Source: Luminiphilus sp.
Lineage (GTDB): Bacteria > Pseudomonadota > Gammaproteobacteria > Pseudomonadales > Halieaceae
Direction of reading: 5' to 3'
Assembly (NCBI GenBank): GCA_029242325.1
Contig: JAQWUD010000010.1
Location: 15,379-79,378, forward strand
DNA length: 64,000 nucleotides
Shown here: positions 40,123 through 54,902 of the stretch, in pieces
How the letters are laid out: every line of letters starts with the position of its first letter
Position numbering within the stretch: the stretch's first letter is position 1
Notes under the pieces: generated by a model
Databases searched by the model: none
Told to the model about the DNA's origin: nothing
What the model saw: only the letters and a program-made list of their open reading frames with translations
Program-made: the position numbers and the translations under genes

Positions 40123-42465
40123 TTATGGCTCAGGGGACGGCGGCGCGAGAACTTCACGCTGGCCATTGCTGCCCATCTCAGACACCACTCCTGCCGCCTC
40201 CATGGTTTCGATGAGCCTTGCTGCACGGTTATAACCAATTCGCAACTTCCTCTGCACAGAAGAGATCGATGCCCTTCTACTGCGACATACGTAATCGACC
40301 GCCTCATCATAGAGAGCATCGGCCTCAGGGTCTTCATTTTCCGCCCCTGCGGATTGAATTTCTGCGGCCGTCACAGGGGTCTGCCCGCCCTCATCCAGGA
40401 GATTATCGAGATACTGAGGGTCGCCGCGGCGCTTCCAATCGGCCACTACACGATGGACTTCGTCATCTGAACAAAATGCTCCATGCACTCTGACGGGCAC
40501 GCTTGATCCGGCCGGCAGGTACAGCATGTCGCCATAGCCCAGCAGCTGATCAGCACCGCCCTGATCCAGAATCGTACGCGAGTCCACTTTAGAACTTACC
40601 GAGAAAGCGATGCGAGCGGGGATATTGGCCTTGATCAGGCCGGTGATGACATCGACCGAAGGGCGCTGCGTTGCGAGCACCAGATGAATGCCCGCGGCAC
40701 GCGCCTTCTGCGCGATGCGCGTGATGAGCTCCTCCACCTTCTTACCCACAATCATCATCATGTCCGCAAACTCGTCGATGACGACCACAATACAAGGCAA
40801 ATTCTCTAGCGCGGGTTGCTCTTGATCCTCTCCTGTGAGCTCTAGCACTGGATCAGGCTTCCACATCGGATCTAAAATGGGCGAGCCCTGCTTCTCTGCA
40901 TCCAGTACCTTTCGGTTATAACCCTGAAGGTTCCTGACTCCCAGTAAGGACATCAGCTTATACCGACGCTCCATCTCCGCGACACACCAACGGAGTCCAT
41001 TGGCTGCGTCTTTCATATCAGTGATCACCGGAGTGAGTAGGTGGGGTATCCCGTCATAGACCGAGAGCTCCAGCATCTTGGGATCCACCAAGATCAATCG
41101 CACGTCTGCAGGAGTCGCCTTATAGAGCAAGCTAACCAGCATACAGTTAACACCCACCGACTTACCGGACCCTGTTGTGCCAGCGACCAGACAATGCGGC
41201 ATTTTGCCGAGATCGGCGACAACCGGAGCACCCGCGATATCATGCCCTAGCGCCAATGTCAGCGGCGATTTCGAATCCTCAAAGGTCCGCGAAGCCAGTA
41301 CATCCCGAAAATTCACTGTCTGCCTGTCAGCATTCGGTATTTCGATACCAACCACACTCTTTCCGGGGATAACCTCCACAACACGCACTGATATCACCGC
41401 CAGAGAGCGCGCCAGATCTTTGGCCAGGTTGGATATCCGCGAGACTTTTACGCCCGCAGCCGGCTGGATTTCAAACCGAGTGACCACAGGGCCGGGGTAG
41501 ACCGACACCACCTCGGCGACGACACCAAAATCCATGAGCTTCAACTCCAGTAGCCTAGACAGCGACTCCAACTCATCGGCAGAGTACCCACGCTGCCCAA
41601 CGTCTGACGGCGCATCGAGCAGGTCCAGGGGCGGCACTTCGCCCGACACGGGAATGTCAAAAAGCGGCTTTTGCCTCTCTTTATCCAATTTGGCGCCGGG
41701 TAGGGGCGCCTCTTTGGGCGGCTTGATTTTGGGCGGTGCCCGCTTTTTTTCCTTCGCAACATGTTGGTCGATTTGTACTTTTCGCTCCTCCAGCTGCTTT
41801 TCTCGAGCACGCCGGTCCCGCAGCTGATCAAGTCTGTTGGCCACATTGCCATAGAGCCATCCAGATCCCCGCAGCACGCGGTTCCCCAGAGTATCAATGA
41901 CGTTCAACCAACTGATGTCCGCAAATACCGTCAGTCCAAGCAGGAACAGTGTGACCAGAACCAGTCGCGCGCCTACCGGGTTGAATGCTTGATCGAAGCC
42001 CATTCCGATCGCTGCGCCGATAATGCCACCAGCGCCCTGCGGTAAACCGGAGCCACCGCTATCATTCAGCGCCAGTAGCGCTGTGGCAGCCACAACTAAG
42101 AGCATGAGCCCCAGCCCGCGTAACCCTAGCAACTGCCAATCGAGAGGCTCGTGGCGATCCTCAGCCAGAAGCAGTGATATCGCGCGATAGGCGAGCAGCA
42201 GGGGCAATAGATGGGCGGCCGCACCCACTAAAGAGAAAAAGATGTCAGCGATGAAAGCGCCCGTGATACCACCGAGATTATGGACTACGCCCCCCATCCC
42301 ACTGGCGGACCAGCCGGGGTCGAGGTCGCTGTAGGTAACCAGTGACATGAGCAGGAATGCACACGCTGCGCTGACGGCAATAAACAAAACGTCGCGTAGC
42401 CGCCGACGACCCATCGGCACATCGCCCTCTGAAGCTGTTGCCGCTATTTTCGTCTTAGCCGTCAC
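40123..42465 (-). CDS. ftsK: DNA translocase FtsK
   Basis: 780 aa. N-terminal 4-5 TM helices, a basic/Pro linker, motor Walker [10 protein letters not shown] and Walker [10 protein letters not shown], and a gamma winged-helix domain [21 protein letters not shown]. Confidence 0.96.
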   Translation of the reverse strand: MTAKTKIAATASEGDVPMGRRRLRDVLFIAVSAACAFLLMSLVTYSDLDPGWSASGMGGVVHNLGGITGAFIADIFFSLVGAAAHLLPLLLAYRAISLLLAEDRHEPLDWQLLGLRGLGLMLLVVAATALLALNDSGGSGLPQGAGGIIGAAIGMGFDQAFNPVGARLVLVTLFLLGLTVFADISWLNVIDTLGNRVLRGSGWLYGNVANRLDQLRDRRAREKQLEERKVQIDQHVAKEKKRAPPKIKPPKEAPLPGAKLDKERQKPLFDIPVSGEVPPLDLLDAPSDVGQRGYSADELESLSRLLELKLMDFGVVAEVVSVYPGPVVTRFEIQPAAGVKVSRISNLAKDLARSLAVISVRVVEVIPGKSVVGIEIPNADRQTVNFRDVLASRTFEDSKSPLTLALGHDIAGAPVVADLGKMPHCLVAGTTGSGKSVGVNCMLVSLLYKATPADVRLILVDPKMLELSVYDGIPHLLTPVITDMKDAANGLRWCVAEMERRYKLMSLLGVRNLQGYNRKVLDAEKQGSPILDPMWKPDPVLELTGEDQEQPALENLPCIVVVIDEFADMMMIVGKKVEELITRIAQKARAAGIHLVLATQRPSVDVITGLIKANIPARIAFSVSSKVDSRTILDQGGADQLLGYGDMLYLPAGSSVPVRVHGAFCSDDEVHRVVADWKRRGDPQYLDNLLDEGGQTPVTAAEIQSAGAENEDPEADALYDEAVDYVCRSRRASISSVQRKLRIGYNRAARLIETMEAAGVVSEMGSNGQREVLAPPSPEP

Positions 42466-42569
42466 ACGCTCGGCACCCTAATCAAACTGGTATGCTAGCA
42501 CAGCCTTACCGCCTTAACGCCGCGCATTCATTCGAAAATTCATGGGTTTACCAACAACGGAGGTGCTGA

Positions 42570-44381
<1,812 letters not shown>

Positions 44382-44385
<4 letters not shown>

Positions 44386-45161
44386 CAGCGTCCCTGCGCG
44401 AAATTAAAGTCTATACGACCTTTCCGCACCGGTGCTCGTATCTGGAGGGCGAGGAAGCCACCACGTTATTTGTAGACCCGAGACAAAAGCTCAGTCAAGA
44501 GCTCTACACGCAGCTGTCATTGCTCGGTTTTCGACGAAGCGGCGAGCACGTATACCGCCCTCACTGCTCTCGTTGCAACGCCTGTATCGCCTCGCGCGTC
44601 CGCGTGAACGAATTCGACCCGCGACGCTCGCATCGGCGCATCAGGCGCAAGAACAGTGATTTACGAGTGGACATATCCAATTCTATCGATGATGGCGAGG
44701 CGTTCTCTCTCTACCGGTATTACATCGAATCACGACACCCAGATGGTGATATGTATCCACCGCAGAGGGATCAATATGAATCTTTCCTCAATGACGGACT
44801 GGGGTGTGCAAGCTATTACCGGCTCTATCAGGGTAACCGCCTCGTAGCAGTGACCGTTGCAGACAAAATGCTCGATGGGCTGGCCGCAATTTATACTTTT
44901 TTTGACCCAGATCAACCTCACCGGAGTCTGGGTACAGAGGCCGTTCTTCTGCAAATAAGCGAAGCGAAGGCGATGGGGCTGCCGTTCGTCTACCTGGGTT
45001 ACTGGATCGATGGTTGCCGCAAGATGTCGTATAAGTCCAACTTCACGCCCCTTGAATTGTTTATCGATGGGCAATGGCAGCAACAAAAAACTGAGCAAAC
45101 GGGAGCACTCGATACCACCGCCCTCGTAAACCTGCTCGAGCCCGATCGTGGCGGCGAGTGA
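44382..45161 (+). CDS. bpt: Arginyl/aspartate-glutamate leucyl-tRNA--protein transferase (Bpt, ATE family)
   Basis: 259 aa. N-terminal Cys motifs HRCSYLEG and CSRCNACIASR, and an ATE_C-like region (YRLYQGNRLVAVTVAD...IYTFFDP). ATGA overlap with aat. Confidence 0.9.
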
Positions 45162-45243
45162 GATTATGGGGCGATTGGCGCTTTCCTCGCCACGCACTTT
45201 TCGATACAGTGCCGCCCGTTATGTAGCTTGAGGCAGAGCCTGA

Positions 45244-45462
45244 ATGGCAAAAGAAGACCAGATCGAGATGGAGGGCGAGATCATTGACACTCTCCCAAAC
45301 ACTACCTTCCGCGTGAAACTCGAGAACGATCACGTAGTCACGGCGCACATTTCCGGCAAGATGCGCAAAAACTACATCCGGATTTTGACCGGAGACAAGG
45401 TTCGAGTAGAGCTTACTCCATACGACCTGACCAAGGGCCGCATCACGTACCGTGAACGGTAG
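45244..45462 (+). CDS. infA: Translation initiation factor IF-1
   Basis: 72 aa: [70 protein letters not shown]. Confidence 0.98.
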   Translation: MAKEDQIEMEGEIIDTLPNTTFRVKLENDHVVTAHISGKMRKNYIRILTGDKVRVELTPYDLTKGRITYRER

Positions 45463-45557
45463 GTTCAGGGCGCCAGTCTAAACCCTCGACGATACCGCGG
45501 GCGCCGCCGCATATTTAACGGCCCGGAGAGGCCTATCCGCGTGCAGTGCGAATTGGA

Positions 45558-47834
45558 TCACGCTTCCACGGGCGATTCCGTCTCGACTTCCGCCTCTAGT
45601 GAAAGCCCCGAGCGATCTGCATTGACAGTGACGGCTGCGACCCCGCCCTTCATTAGAGCACCGAACAACACCATATCAGCCAGTGGCTTCTTAATGTGCT
45701 CCTGAATCACTCTCTCCATCGGGCGGGCACCCATCGTGGCATCGTAGCCCTTCTCAACTAACCAAAGCCTTGCCTCTTCATCCACCTCGATTACCACCTG
45801 TCGCTCATCCAGCTGGGTCTGCAATTCAGTCAGGAACTTGTCAGCCACCGTCAGAATCACGTCTTCACCCAGCGGGCCAAAAGGCACTATCGCATCAAGG
45901 CGATTGCGAAACTCAGGCGTAAAGGTCCTATTGATCGCTTCGATCGAGTCGGTGGAGTGGTCCTGCATCGAAAAGCCGATCGACCGACGACTCACATTCT
46001 CCGCTCCAGCGTTGGTCGTCATCGCCAAAATCACATTTCTGAAATCCGCTTTACGGCCATTGTTGTCAGTCAGCGTGCCATGATCCATCACCTGCAGTAG
46101 CAGATTGAAGACTTCTGGATGCGCTTTCTCAATCTCATCGAGCAGCACCACACAGTGAGGATGCTTAGTGACTGCATCGGTCAACAGGCCACCTTGATCA
46201 AATCCCACGTAGCCCGGGGGGGCGCCGATCAACCGGGACACGGTATGACGCTCCATGTACTCGGACATGTCGAACCGCAGCAGTTCCAGCCCCATTTGCA
46301 GGGCCAGCTGCCGGGTCAGCTCAGTCTTACCCACACCCGTAGGACCCGCCAGCAAGAAGGATCCGATCGGTTTGTGACCGCCGCGGAGCCCCGCGCGCGC
46401 CAGCTTTATCGCACTGACCATTTGCGCTACTGCGTTATCCTGTCCGAAAACGGTCATCTTGAGATTGCCCTCAAGCTTGCCAAGCAACTCTTTGTCGTCG
46501 CTGCTAACGGTTTTCGGGGGAATACGCGCAATCTTGGCCACTACTGCTTCGATATCGGTCGGGCCCAGCACCTTCTTTCGCTTGCTGGGGGCTTGCAGCT
46601 GCTGAAACGCCCCAGCCTCATCGATAACATCTATAGCCTTGTCGGGCAGAAAACGGTCGGTGATATAGCGCGCAGCCATCTCGGAGGCGACGCGCAACGC
46701 CTTGTCGGTATAGCGCAGCTTATGGTGCGCCTCAAAACGAGACTTAAGCCCTTTGAGAATCTTGTAAGCCTCTTCCACAGACGGCTCAGGCACGTCGACT
46801 TTCTGAAAACGACGGCTGAGGGCTTTGTCCTTATCAAAGATCCCCCGGTATTCCGCATAGGTAGTAGAGCCAACGCAACGCATTTTTCCGGATGCCAGCA
46901 ACGGCTTGAGGAGATTACTGGCATCCATCACCCCTCCCGACGCTGCGCCGGCACCGATAATGGTGTGAATTTCGTCAATAAAGAGAATGGCGTGATCGTT
47001 CTCGCTCAAATTAGCCAGCAGCCCCTTCAAGCGCTTCTCAAAATCCCCGCGATACTTGGTGCCAGCCAACAAGGCTCCCAGATCCAGAGAGTAGACAACC
47101 GCCTCTTTGAGCGTTTCAGGCACTTCGCCGTCGACGATCATTTTCGCCAATCCTTCGGCAATCGCTGTCTTACCAACGCCAGACTCACCAACGAGTAGCG
47201 GATTGTTCTTGCGACGACGCGCCAGTATCTGCGCGACACGTTCAACCTCCTTCAATCTGCCAATCAAGGGGTCAATATTACCGGCCTCTGCTTCAACATT
47301 GAGATTGGTGGAATACGCATCGAGTGGTCGCTTCTCCTGACTCTCGGCGCCCTCTTCCGCGCCGGATAAGGCGTCTCCAGAGTCCGTATCCTCCTCGCCA
47401 TCTTTGCCGATACCATGTGTGAGGAAGTTGACCACGTCGAGGCGCGAAATGTTTTGTGATTTGAGGAAGTACACGGCTTGTGATTCCTGCTCGGAGAAAA
47501 TTGCTACGAGTAGATTTGCACCGGTCACTTCTTGCTTGCCAGAACTCTGGACGTGAAAGACCGCTCGCTGCAACACCCTCTGGAAACCCAGTGTGGGCTG
47601 CGTATCCCTTCCATCATCGCTGTCAGACAACAGCGGCGTCGTTGAATCAATAAACTCGATCAACTCGCCCCGCAATTCTTCCAGATCGACCTGGCAGGCG
47701 CCCAACACAGAGACCGCAGCCCCGTCATCGAGCAATGCCAGCAGCAGGTGCTCGACCGTGATGAATTCATGCCGCCGCGCGCGCGCGGTACGGAAAGTCT
47801 CATTGAGCGTATTTTCGAGCTCTTTGCTCAGCAT
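45558..47834 (-). CDS. clpA: ATP-dependent Clp protease ATP-binding subunit ClpA
   Basis: 758 aa with an N-domain and two AAA+ modules (GESGVGKTA and GPTGVGKTE). It lies 4 nt downstream of clpS. Confidence 0.97.
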   Translation of the reverse strand: MLSKELENTLNETFRTARARRHEFITVEHLLLALLDDGAAVSVLGACQVDLEELRGELIEFIDSTTPLLSDSDDGRDTQPTLGFQRVLQRAVFHVQSSGKQEVTGANLLVAIFSEQESQAVYFLKSQNISRLDVVNFLTHGIGKDGEEDTDSGDALSGAEEGAESQEKRPLDAYSTNLNVEAEAGNIDPLIGRLKEVERVAQILARRRKNNPLLVGESGVGKTAIAEGLAKMIVDGEVPETLKEAVVYSLDLGALLAGTKYRGDFEKRLKGLLANLSENDHAILFIDEIHTIIGAGAASGGVMDASNLLKPLLASGKMRCVGSTTYAEYRGIFDKDKALSRRFQKVDVPEPSVEEAYKILKGLKSRFEAHHKLRYTDKALRVASEMAARYITDRFLPDKAIDVIDEAGAFQQLQAPSKRKKVLGPTDIEAVVAKIARIPPKTVSSDDKELLGKLEGNLKMTVFGQDNAVAQMVSAIKLARAGLRGGHKPIGSFLLAGPTGVGKTELTRQLALQMGLELLRFDMSEYMERHTVSRLIGAPPGYVGFDQGGLLTDAVTKHPHCVVLLDEIEKAHPEVFNLLLQVMDHGTLTDNNGRKADFRNVILAMTTNAGAENVSRRSIGFSMQDHSTDSIEAINRTFTPEFRNRLDAIVPFGPLGEDVILTVADKFLTELQTQLDERQVVIEVDEEARLWLVEKGYDATMGARPMERVIQEHIKKPLADMVLFGALMKGGVAAVTVNADRSGLSLEAEVETESPVEA

Positions 47835-47838
47835 TCAA

Positions 47839-48228
47839 CTAGTCCTCGTCATCGGTGGATGGCTCAACTTCACATAACAACGGATGACCGCTGTCACGAG
47901 CACTCTGGTTAACCTGTTCCGCTTTTGTCTCTGCGATATCTTGAGTGTATGTGCCACATACGCCCTTGCCCTGAGTATGGACCGCCAGCATCACCTGCGT
48001 CGCCTTTTCGCGATTCATGCTAAAAAACTGTTCCAGCACAAAAACAACGAATTCCATGGGCGTGTAATCGTCATTGAGCAAGATCACGCGATAAAGCGGC
48101 GGCTTCTTAAGCTTCGGCTTGGCCGGCGCTACCGCTACACCGCCATCATCGCGGTCGTCCCCATCCTCAGAAGCTGGGCCACAGCGGACGCCTGAGGATG
48201 CAATGACATGTGGGGGCCTCTCGTTCAT
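47839..48228 (-). CDS. clpS: ClpS adaptor (N-degron recognin)
   Basis: 129 aa with the core [27 protein letters not shown]...[17 protein letters not shown]. The N- and C-terminal acidic extensions are longer than in E. coli. Confidence 0.93.
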   Translation of the reverse strand: MNERPPHVIASSGVRCGPASEDGDDRDDGGVAVAPAKPKLKKPPLYRVILLNDDYTPMEFVVFVLEQFFSMNREKATQVMLAVHTQGKGVCGTYTQDIAETKAEQVNQSARDSGHPLLCEVEPSTDDED

Positions 48229-48344
48229 CTACTCAGTATAATCCACCAGACAACAATTTGAGCGTCCCAAAGAGTCGCTTTGCAGGCTTTTTTATTTGTC
48301 CCGCCACACCGAGCGAGCATCGCAGTGGACATCGACTTTCTTCA

Positions 48345-48374
48345 AAATAAAAAAAGCCCGCGGCATGGCGGGCT
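48345..48374 (-). terminator. Rho-independent terminator downstream of icd
   Basis: The minus strand reads AGCCCGC-CATGCC-GCGGGCT followed by TTTTTTTATTTT. It begins 20 nt after the icd stop. Confidence 0.8.
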
Positions 48375-48393
48375 CTCTTGGCAGCATGGAAGC

Positions 48394-49647
48394 CTACATT
48401 TTGGCGATGACCGCCTCTCCAAATGCGGAACACGACACCAATGTAGCGCCCTCCATCAGCCGCTCGAAGTCATAGGTCACGGTCTTCGCCTGAATGGCAC
48501 CGTTCATGCCCGCAATAATGAGATCGGCTGCCTCGTTCCAACCCAGGTGCCGCAGCATCATTTCCGCCGACAGGATGAGTGATCCGGGATTCACCTTGTC
48601 CTGCCCTGCATATTTCGGTGCAGTCCCATGGGTAGCCTCGAAAAGTGCTACGGTATCCGACAAGTTGGCGCCAGGCGCAATGCCGATACCACCCACCTGA
48701 GCCGCAAGCGCGTCGGATAAATAGTCGCCATTGAGATTCAGGGTCGCCACCACGCTGTAATCTCTGGGTCTGGTGAGCACTTGCTGCAACATGGCGTCGG
48801 CAATGACGTCCTTCACCACAATATCGGAGCCGGTGCGGGGGTTTTTAATGCTCACCCATGGGCCACCATCAAGGAGTTCTCCACCAAATTCCTCCTGAGC
48901 AAGTTCGTATCCCCAATCGCGGAAGGCGCCCTCCGTAAACTTCATAATGTTGCCTTTATGAACCAGTGTTACCGAGGAGAGATCCTGATCAATCGCGTAC
49001 TGGATGGCTTTGCGGACAAGCCGTTGGGTGCCCTCTGCCGAAACAGGTTTGATACCAATGCCAACATTCTGGGGGAAACGGATCTTAGTTGCGCCCATCT
49101 CGTTGATAATAAAATCAACGACTTTCTGCGCTTCCTCGGTGCCCGCTTGGTACTCAATACCGGCATAAATATCCTCTGAATTTTCCCGGAATATCACCAT
49201 GTTGCAGTCGCCTGGTTTTTTTACCGGAGACGGAACACCTTCAAACCACCGCACTGGTCTAAGACAGGTGTAAAGATCCAATTCCTGACGCAGCGCCACA
49301 TTCAGAGACCGGAATCCACCGCCGACAGGAGTCGTCAGAGGGCCCTTGATTGCCACACCATAGGTTTTTATCGCCTCCAACGTCTCCTCGGGAAACCAGT
49401 CCCCGTCGTACAACTCGGCAGCCTTCTCACCAGTGTAAATCTCCATCCACGAAATCTTCCTAGCGTCGTCGTAAGCTTTTGCTACCGCCGCGTCGACCAC
49501 GGCAATCATGACAGGAGAGATGTCAACGCCAATGCCGTCCCCCTCGATATAGGGAATGATCGGATTATCGGGAACCGAGAGACTGTTGTCGTCATTGACC
49601 ACAATCATGTCGCCGGTATCAGGTACTTTGATGTGCTGGTATGCCAT
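48394..49647 (-). CDS. icd: NADP-dependent isocitrate dehydrogenase (homodimeric type)
   Basis: The ATG at 49647 gives [13 protein letters not shown]..., 417 aa. Motifs [22 protein letters not shown] and [25 protein letters not shown]. Confidence 0.97.
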   Translation of the reverse strand: MAYQHIKVPDTGDMIVVNDDNSLSVPDNPIIPYIEGDGIGVDISPVMIAVVDAAVAKAYDDARKISWMEIYTGEKAAELYDGDWFPEETLEAIKTYGVAIKGPLTTPVGGGFRSLNVALRQELDLYTCLRPVRWFEGVPSPVKKPGDCNMVIFRENSEDIYAGIEYQAGTEEAQKVVDFIINEMGATKIRFPQNVGIGIKPVSAEGTQRLVRKAIQYAIDQDLSSVTLVHKGNIMKFTEGAFRDWGYELAQEEFGGELLDGGPWVSIKNPRTGSDIVVKDVIADAMLQQVLTRPRDYSVVATLNLNGDYLSDALAAQVGGIGIAPGANLSDTVALFEATHGTAPKYAGQDKVNPGSLILSAEMMLRHLGWNEAADLIIAGMNGAIQAKTVTYDFERLMEGATLVSCSAFGEAVIAKM

Positions 49648-49788
49648 GTTGGAATTCCCCCAGAAAAACAAAATGTGCACCTCATATTAGAGGCATTGCA
49701 CAGCTCCGCCTCGCCCCTGCTCGGAGGGGTTTGCATGCTGAGTGCGGCGGTTTCGTTATTTTAACACCAAATGCGGCACACTATACGG

Positions 49789-50346
49789 ATGGCAAAACTG
49801 ATTCTCTTCAACAAACCGTTCGAGGTGCTGAGTCAATTTTCCGACCGTGAGCGACCCCAGAAACCTCGTTCGACGCTGGCAGACTATCTCTCAGCCCCGG
49901 GGTTTCGTCCCGCAGGCCGTCTCGACTTCGACTCCGAGGGGCTGTTGATACTCACAGACAACGGGGTTATTCAGCAAAAAATTGCCCACCCACGCCACGG
50001 ACACTGGAAAACCTACTGGGTTCAGGTGGAGGGTGAAATAGATACGACCGCCTGCAATGTGCTGTCTGACGGCCTGATACTCAAAGATGGACCCACCCGT
50101 CCCTGCCGGGCACGCATGTTGCCTGCTCCAGCGCTCTGGGAACGAACGCCCCCTATTCGGCAAAGAAAGTCAGTGCCTGACTCTTGGGTCGAACTGAGCA
50201 TCACGGAGGGTCGCAACAGGCAGGTGCGCAGAATGACGGCCGCTGCGGGCTATCCCACGCTGAGACTGGTACGCGTAGCGGTGGGTTCATGGACATTGGG
50301 CAATTTAGGGTCTGGCGAGTATTGTTGGGTTGATGCTGACCTCTAA
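49789..50346 (+). CDS. rluE: 23S rRNA pseudouridine synthase RluE
   Basis: LILFNKPFEVLSQF...AGRLDFDSEGLLILTDNG (catalytic Asp)...EGRNRQVRRMTAAAGYPTLRLVR. The start is at 49789 or 49771. Confidence 0.88.
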   Translation: MAKLILFNKPFEVLSQFSDRERPQKPRSTLADYLSAPGFRPAGRLDFDSEGLLILTDNGVIQQKIAHPRHGHWKTYWVQVEGEIDTTACNVLSDGLILKDGPTRPCRARMLPAPALWERTPPIRQRKSVPDSWVELSITEGRNRQVRRMTAAAGYPTLRLVRVAVGSWTLGNLGSGEYCWVDADL

Positions 50347-50415
50347 AGCGTTGATCATATCGCGCCCAAACAGCATGCTTTTGACCATGAATCTCCCCTC
50401 TATGCCGGAAAATCT

Positions 50416-51516
50416 GTGAACGCCCGCGCAAAGACAGTTAAGCCAAAGGTCATCGTTGGCATGTCGGGTGGTGTGGACTCATCAGTCGCGGCGATGCTGC
50501 TGCTGGAGGCTGGATATCACGTCGAAGGCCTCTTTATGAAGAATTGGGAGGAGGACGACGGCACCGAATATTGCACGGCAAGAGAGGATCTGGCAGATGC
50601 GCAAGCCGTAGCGGATACCCTTGGCGTGCACCTCCACAGCGCGAATTTTGCTGCGGAGTACTGGGATGATGTGTTCGCGCATTTCCTTAGGGAGTATGGT
50701 GCCGGCAGAACCCCTAATCCTGACATCCTCTGCAATCGCGAAATTAAATTTCGCGCCTTTTTGGACTACGCGGCCCACCTTGATGCCGATCTCATCGCAA
50801 CAGGGCACTATGCGCAGACCGGCGCGCTCAATGGCAAAACCTGTCTTAAAAAGGGCTTGGACAGCAAAAAAGATCAAAGCTACTTTCTCCATCAGGTCGA
50901 CCACCACGCGCTGCGTAGAAGCCTCTTTCCGCTGGGCGCTCTGAGCAAGCAATATGTGAGAGAACGGGCCGCTGAGGCCGGATTTCTCAATGCGAGGAAA
51001 AAAGACAGCACGGGGATTTGCTTCATTGGTGAGAGACGCTTCAGAGACTTTCTCAAGCAGTATCTGCCCACGCAACCGGGTCCCGTACTCTCTCATCAAG
51101 GCGAGACACTAGGGCAGCATGAGGGGTTGATGTATCACACCATCGGGCAGCGGCAAGGCCTGGGGATTGGGGGACTCTCAAACCACCCCGAGGCCCCTTG
51201 GTATGTTGTTGAAAAAGACATCCCTAACAACACGCTGATCGTGGCTCAAGGTAATGACCACCCGGCGCTGCTAAAACACCAATTGACGGCCTCCGAGATA
51301 TTCTGGATCAGTGGTGAGGCACCGGCGAGGTCCTTTCGCTGTCACGCCAAGATTCGCTACCGGCAGCCTGACCAGCCTTGCCTCGTGACTCAAGGCGGGG
51401 CTGGCTACACGATCACCTTTGATTCGGCGCAGCGTGCGATCACACCAGGTCAATCGGTAGTCTTGTATAATGGTGATCTCTGCCTTGGCGGCGGCATTAT
51501 TGAGGCGGCTGTGTGA
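50416..51516 (+). CDS. mnmA: tRNA 2-thiouridine(34) synthase MnmA
   Basis: 366 aa with a GTG start. PP-loop [11 protein letters not shown], plus [14 protein letters not shown] and a close match to E. coli MnmA. Confidence 0.96.
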   Translation: MNARAKTVKPKVIVGMSGGVDSSVAAMLLLEAGYHVEGLFMKNWEEDDGTEYCTAREDLADAQAVADTLGVHLHSANFAAEYWDDVFAHFLREYGAGRTPNPDILCNREIKFRAFLDYAAHLDADLIATGHYAQTGALNGKTCLKKGLDSKKDQSYFLHQVDHHALRRSLFPLGALSKQYVRERAAEAGFLNARKKDSTGICFIGERRFRDFLKQYLPTQPGPVLSHQGETLGQHEGLMYHTIGQRQGLGIGGLSNHPEAPWYVVEKDIPNNTLIVAQGNDHPALLKHQLTASEIFWISGEAPARSFRCHAKIRYRQPDQPCLVTQGGAGYTITFDSAQRAITPGQSVVLYNGDLCLGGGIIEAAV

Positions 51517-52154
51517 CCGATCGATCTCTGCGAGAACAGCAAACCCTCGCTTTGGCCGGGGTCGCACAGGCGGCACGAATTGTTGATTTGGCCGCAAAAA
51601 CAGGCAGTTGGCCGACACCATTTGTAGAGGCTTCGATTCACTCACTATTTTGCTTTGAGCCGGACGAAGTTGAGGAGGTATTCGGTACCATACAGGGAGT
51701 AAGGCTTGGACTTGAGCAACTCTCCACCTGCTTGCGCGTATCACAAGATCCCTCTGCAGCCGACACCCTTCGCTACATGCTGGCTATATTGCAGCTGGAA
51801 AAACGGTTTGCCCGCCGCGATGACCTCCTCCAGATCGTTCACTCAAGACTGAAACATACCGCTTACAAGGCAGAGAACTTCTCCAGCAATATTAATGACT
51901 TAAGCTCTAATATTTCATCTACCTATCAAGACACACTAAGCAATCTTCCCTACCGCATAAAGGTCACAGGCAGCGCCCAACATCTTAATAATCCGCGCGT
52001 TGCGGATCTTGTGCGCTCGCTGCTGTTATGCGGTGTTCGAGCCGCCTTCCTGTGGCGTCAGCTCGGGGGCTCGCGCTTCAAGTTGATGATGAGCAGGGGG
52101 GCAATCAGAGCGACCGCAGCACGGCTGGCCATGGAGGTGGGCACGGTGCATTGA
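51513..52154 (+). CDS. hflD: High-frequency-of-lysogenization protein HflD homologue
   Basis: 213 aa. The N-terminus [15 protein letters not shown] parallels E. coli ITLALAGICQSARLV. GTGA overlap with mnmA. It sits between mnmA and purB. Confidence 0.85.
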   Translation: MTDRSLREQQTLALAGVAQAARIVDLAAKTGSWPTPFVEASIHSLFCFEPDEVEEVFGTIQGVRLGLEQLSTCLRVSQDPSAADTLRYMLAILQLEKRFARRDDLLQIVHSRLKHTAYKAENFSSNINDLSSNISSTYQDTLSNLPYRIKVTGSAQHLNNPRVADLVRSLLLCGVRAAFLWRQLGGSRFKLMMSRGAIRATAARLAMEVGTVH

Positions 52155-53639
<1,485 letters not shown>

Positions 53640-53666
53640 GTCAATGCCCCCGCCGACAGCGATAAA

Positions 53667-54767
53667 ATGAAATTACCCCTCTCCCACGCAGAGTTTCTCG
53701 AGACATATTGGCAGCAGAGGCCCTTGCTCTTGCCACAGGCAGTACCTAACTTTACCTCGCCACTGAGTCCAGAAGAGCTGGCTGGGCTTGCGTTGGAGCC
53801 CGCGGTATCCAGCCGATTGATACATTGTGACCATGGCGTATGGCAAAAAACCGACGGGCCCTTCTCGGCAAAAGATTTCCAAAGCGGTGGCACGTGGACC
53901 CTGCTCGTGGAGAACGTGGACCAATGGCACGAGGGCGTGCGCGCGCTGTATCCCCACCTCTCGCTTCTGCCTACCTGGCGCTTCGACGACGTCATGGTCA
54001 GCTATGCTGTAGACGGCGCCGGGGTTGGCCCCCATTTTGACCGGTATGATGTTTTTCTGCTGCAAGGCCTGGGAGAGAGGGAGTGGCGTATTGGCCCGAT
54101 ATGCGACGGCAACACGCCGCAAATGAACACAGAAGGCCTCAGCCTCATTGCGGAATTTGAACCCACCGAGACCTACATATTGAAGACGGGTGACGTCCTT
54201 TACGTTCCGCCGGGCCTGGCGCATTGGGGCGTTGCACGAGGGGCATGCATGACCTATTCATTTGGTTTTAGAGCCCCCGCTATCTCTGATTTAATCGCAA
54301 GACGCGCGGACTCGATTCTGGACCGTTTAGCCCAGACAACTTTGCTCGAAGACGGGCATTCGGTCTCGGTGCCCTGCAGGCCAGGCGAAATTACTGAGGC
54401 TCACCTTGCCAACGCTCGAGATGCGATCGCCAATGCCAGTGAGGCCCTGGACAATCTGCGTTGGTTTGGGGAAGTTGTGACAGAACAAAAAATCGACATG
54501 GAAGATACCTTAACCCCCAGCGCCCTGGCTCACCCAGATCAGGCTGCCCGGCTCGTATCTATTAACTGCGTGGCCTGGTCAGAATACGGCGAATATATTG
54601 ATGTATTCATCGCCGGAGAGGCCTTTCGCATCCCCAAAACCGCTCTGGAGGCGTTGGTAGCACTCTGCAGCGGTGGGGAGCTCTTAGTTGCTGATCTGTC
54701 AGCAAATTACCCAGAGCTCCTCGACGCGCTTCTGCTTCAGGGGGCCCTTGAGCCTTGCCCTGCCTAA
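53667..54767 (+). CDS. roxA: JmjC/cupin ribosomal protein L16 Arg hydroxylase-like (RoxA/YcfD family)
   Basis: 366 aa. The N-terminus FLETYWQQRPLLLPQAVPNFTSPLSPEELAGLALEPAVSSRLI parallels E. coli YcfD. Fe(II) ligand contexts are GPHFDRYD and GLAHWG. Confidence 0.8.
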   Translation: MKLPLSHAEFLETYWQQRPLLLPQAVPNFTSPLSPEELAGLALEPAVSSRLIHCDHGVWQKTDGPFSAKDFQSGGTWTLLVENVDQWHEGVRALYPHLSLLPTWRFDDVMVSYAVDGAGVGPHFDRYDVFLLQGLGEREWRIGPICDGNTPQMNTEGLSLIAEFEPTETYILKTGDVLYVPPGLAHWGVARGACMTYSFGFRAPAISDLIARRADSILDRLAQTTLLEDGHSVSVPCRPGEITEAHLANARDAIANASEALDNLRWFGEVVTEQKIDMEDTLTPSALAHPDQAARLVSINCVAWSEYGEYIDVFIAGEAFRIPKTALEALVALCSGGELLVADLSANYPELLDALLLQGALEPCPA

Positions 54768-54902
54768 GCGGCATGGTCAAGGGTGAAGGTGCGACCCGGA
54801 TCGATACGAGCCTAGAGAGATTCTCATGTCGTGGTTATGACTTAGCGGGTATGAACCCGCGACGATAACGTATTCGGCATCCAGTTCCGACGCATCAACC
54901 TG

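Noticed and set aside
46119-47198. 359-aa ORF on the plus strand
   Set aside because: It lies entirely antisense to clpA, whose identity is unambiguous. Its translation is Arg/Gly/Leu-rich low-information sequence with no recognisable motif or RBS. Long stop-free antisense frames are expected in GC-rich genes.
54845-54860. Hairpin GCGGGT-ATGA-ACCCGC between convergent roxA and nnr as a terminator
   Set aside because: The stem is only 6 bp and there is no U-tract on either strand, which is too weak to call.
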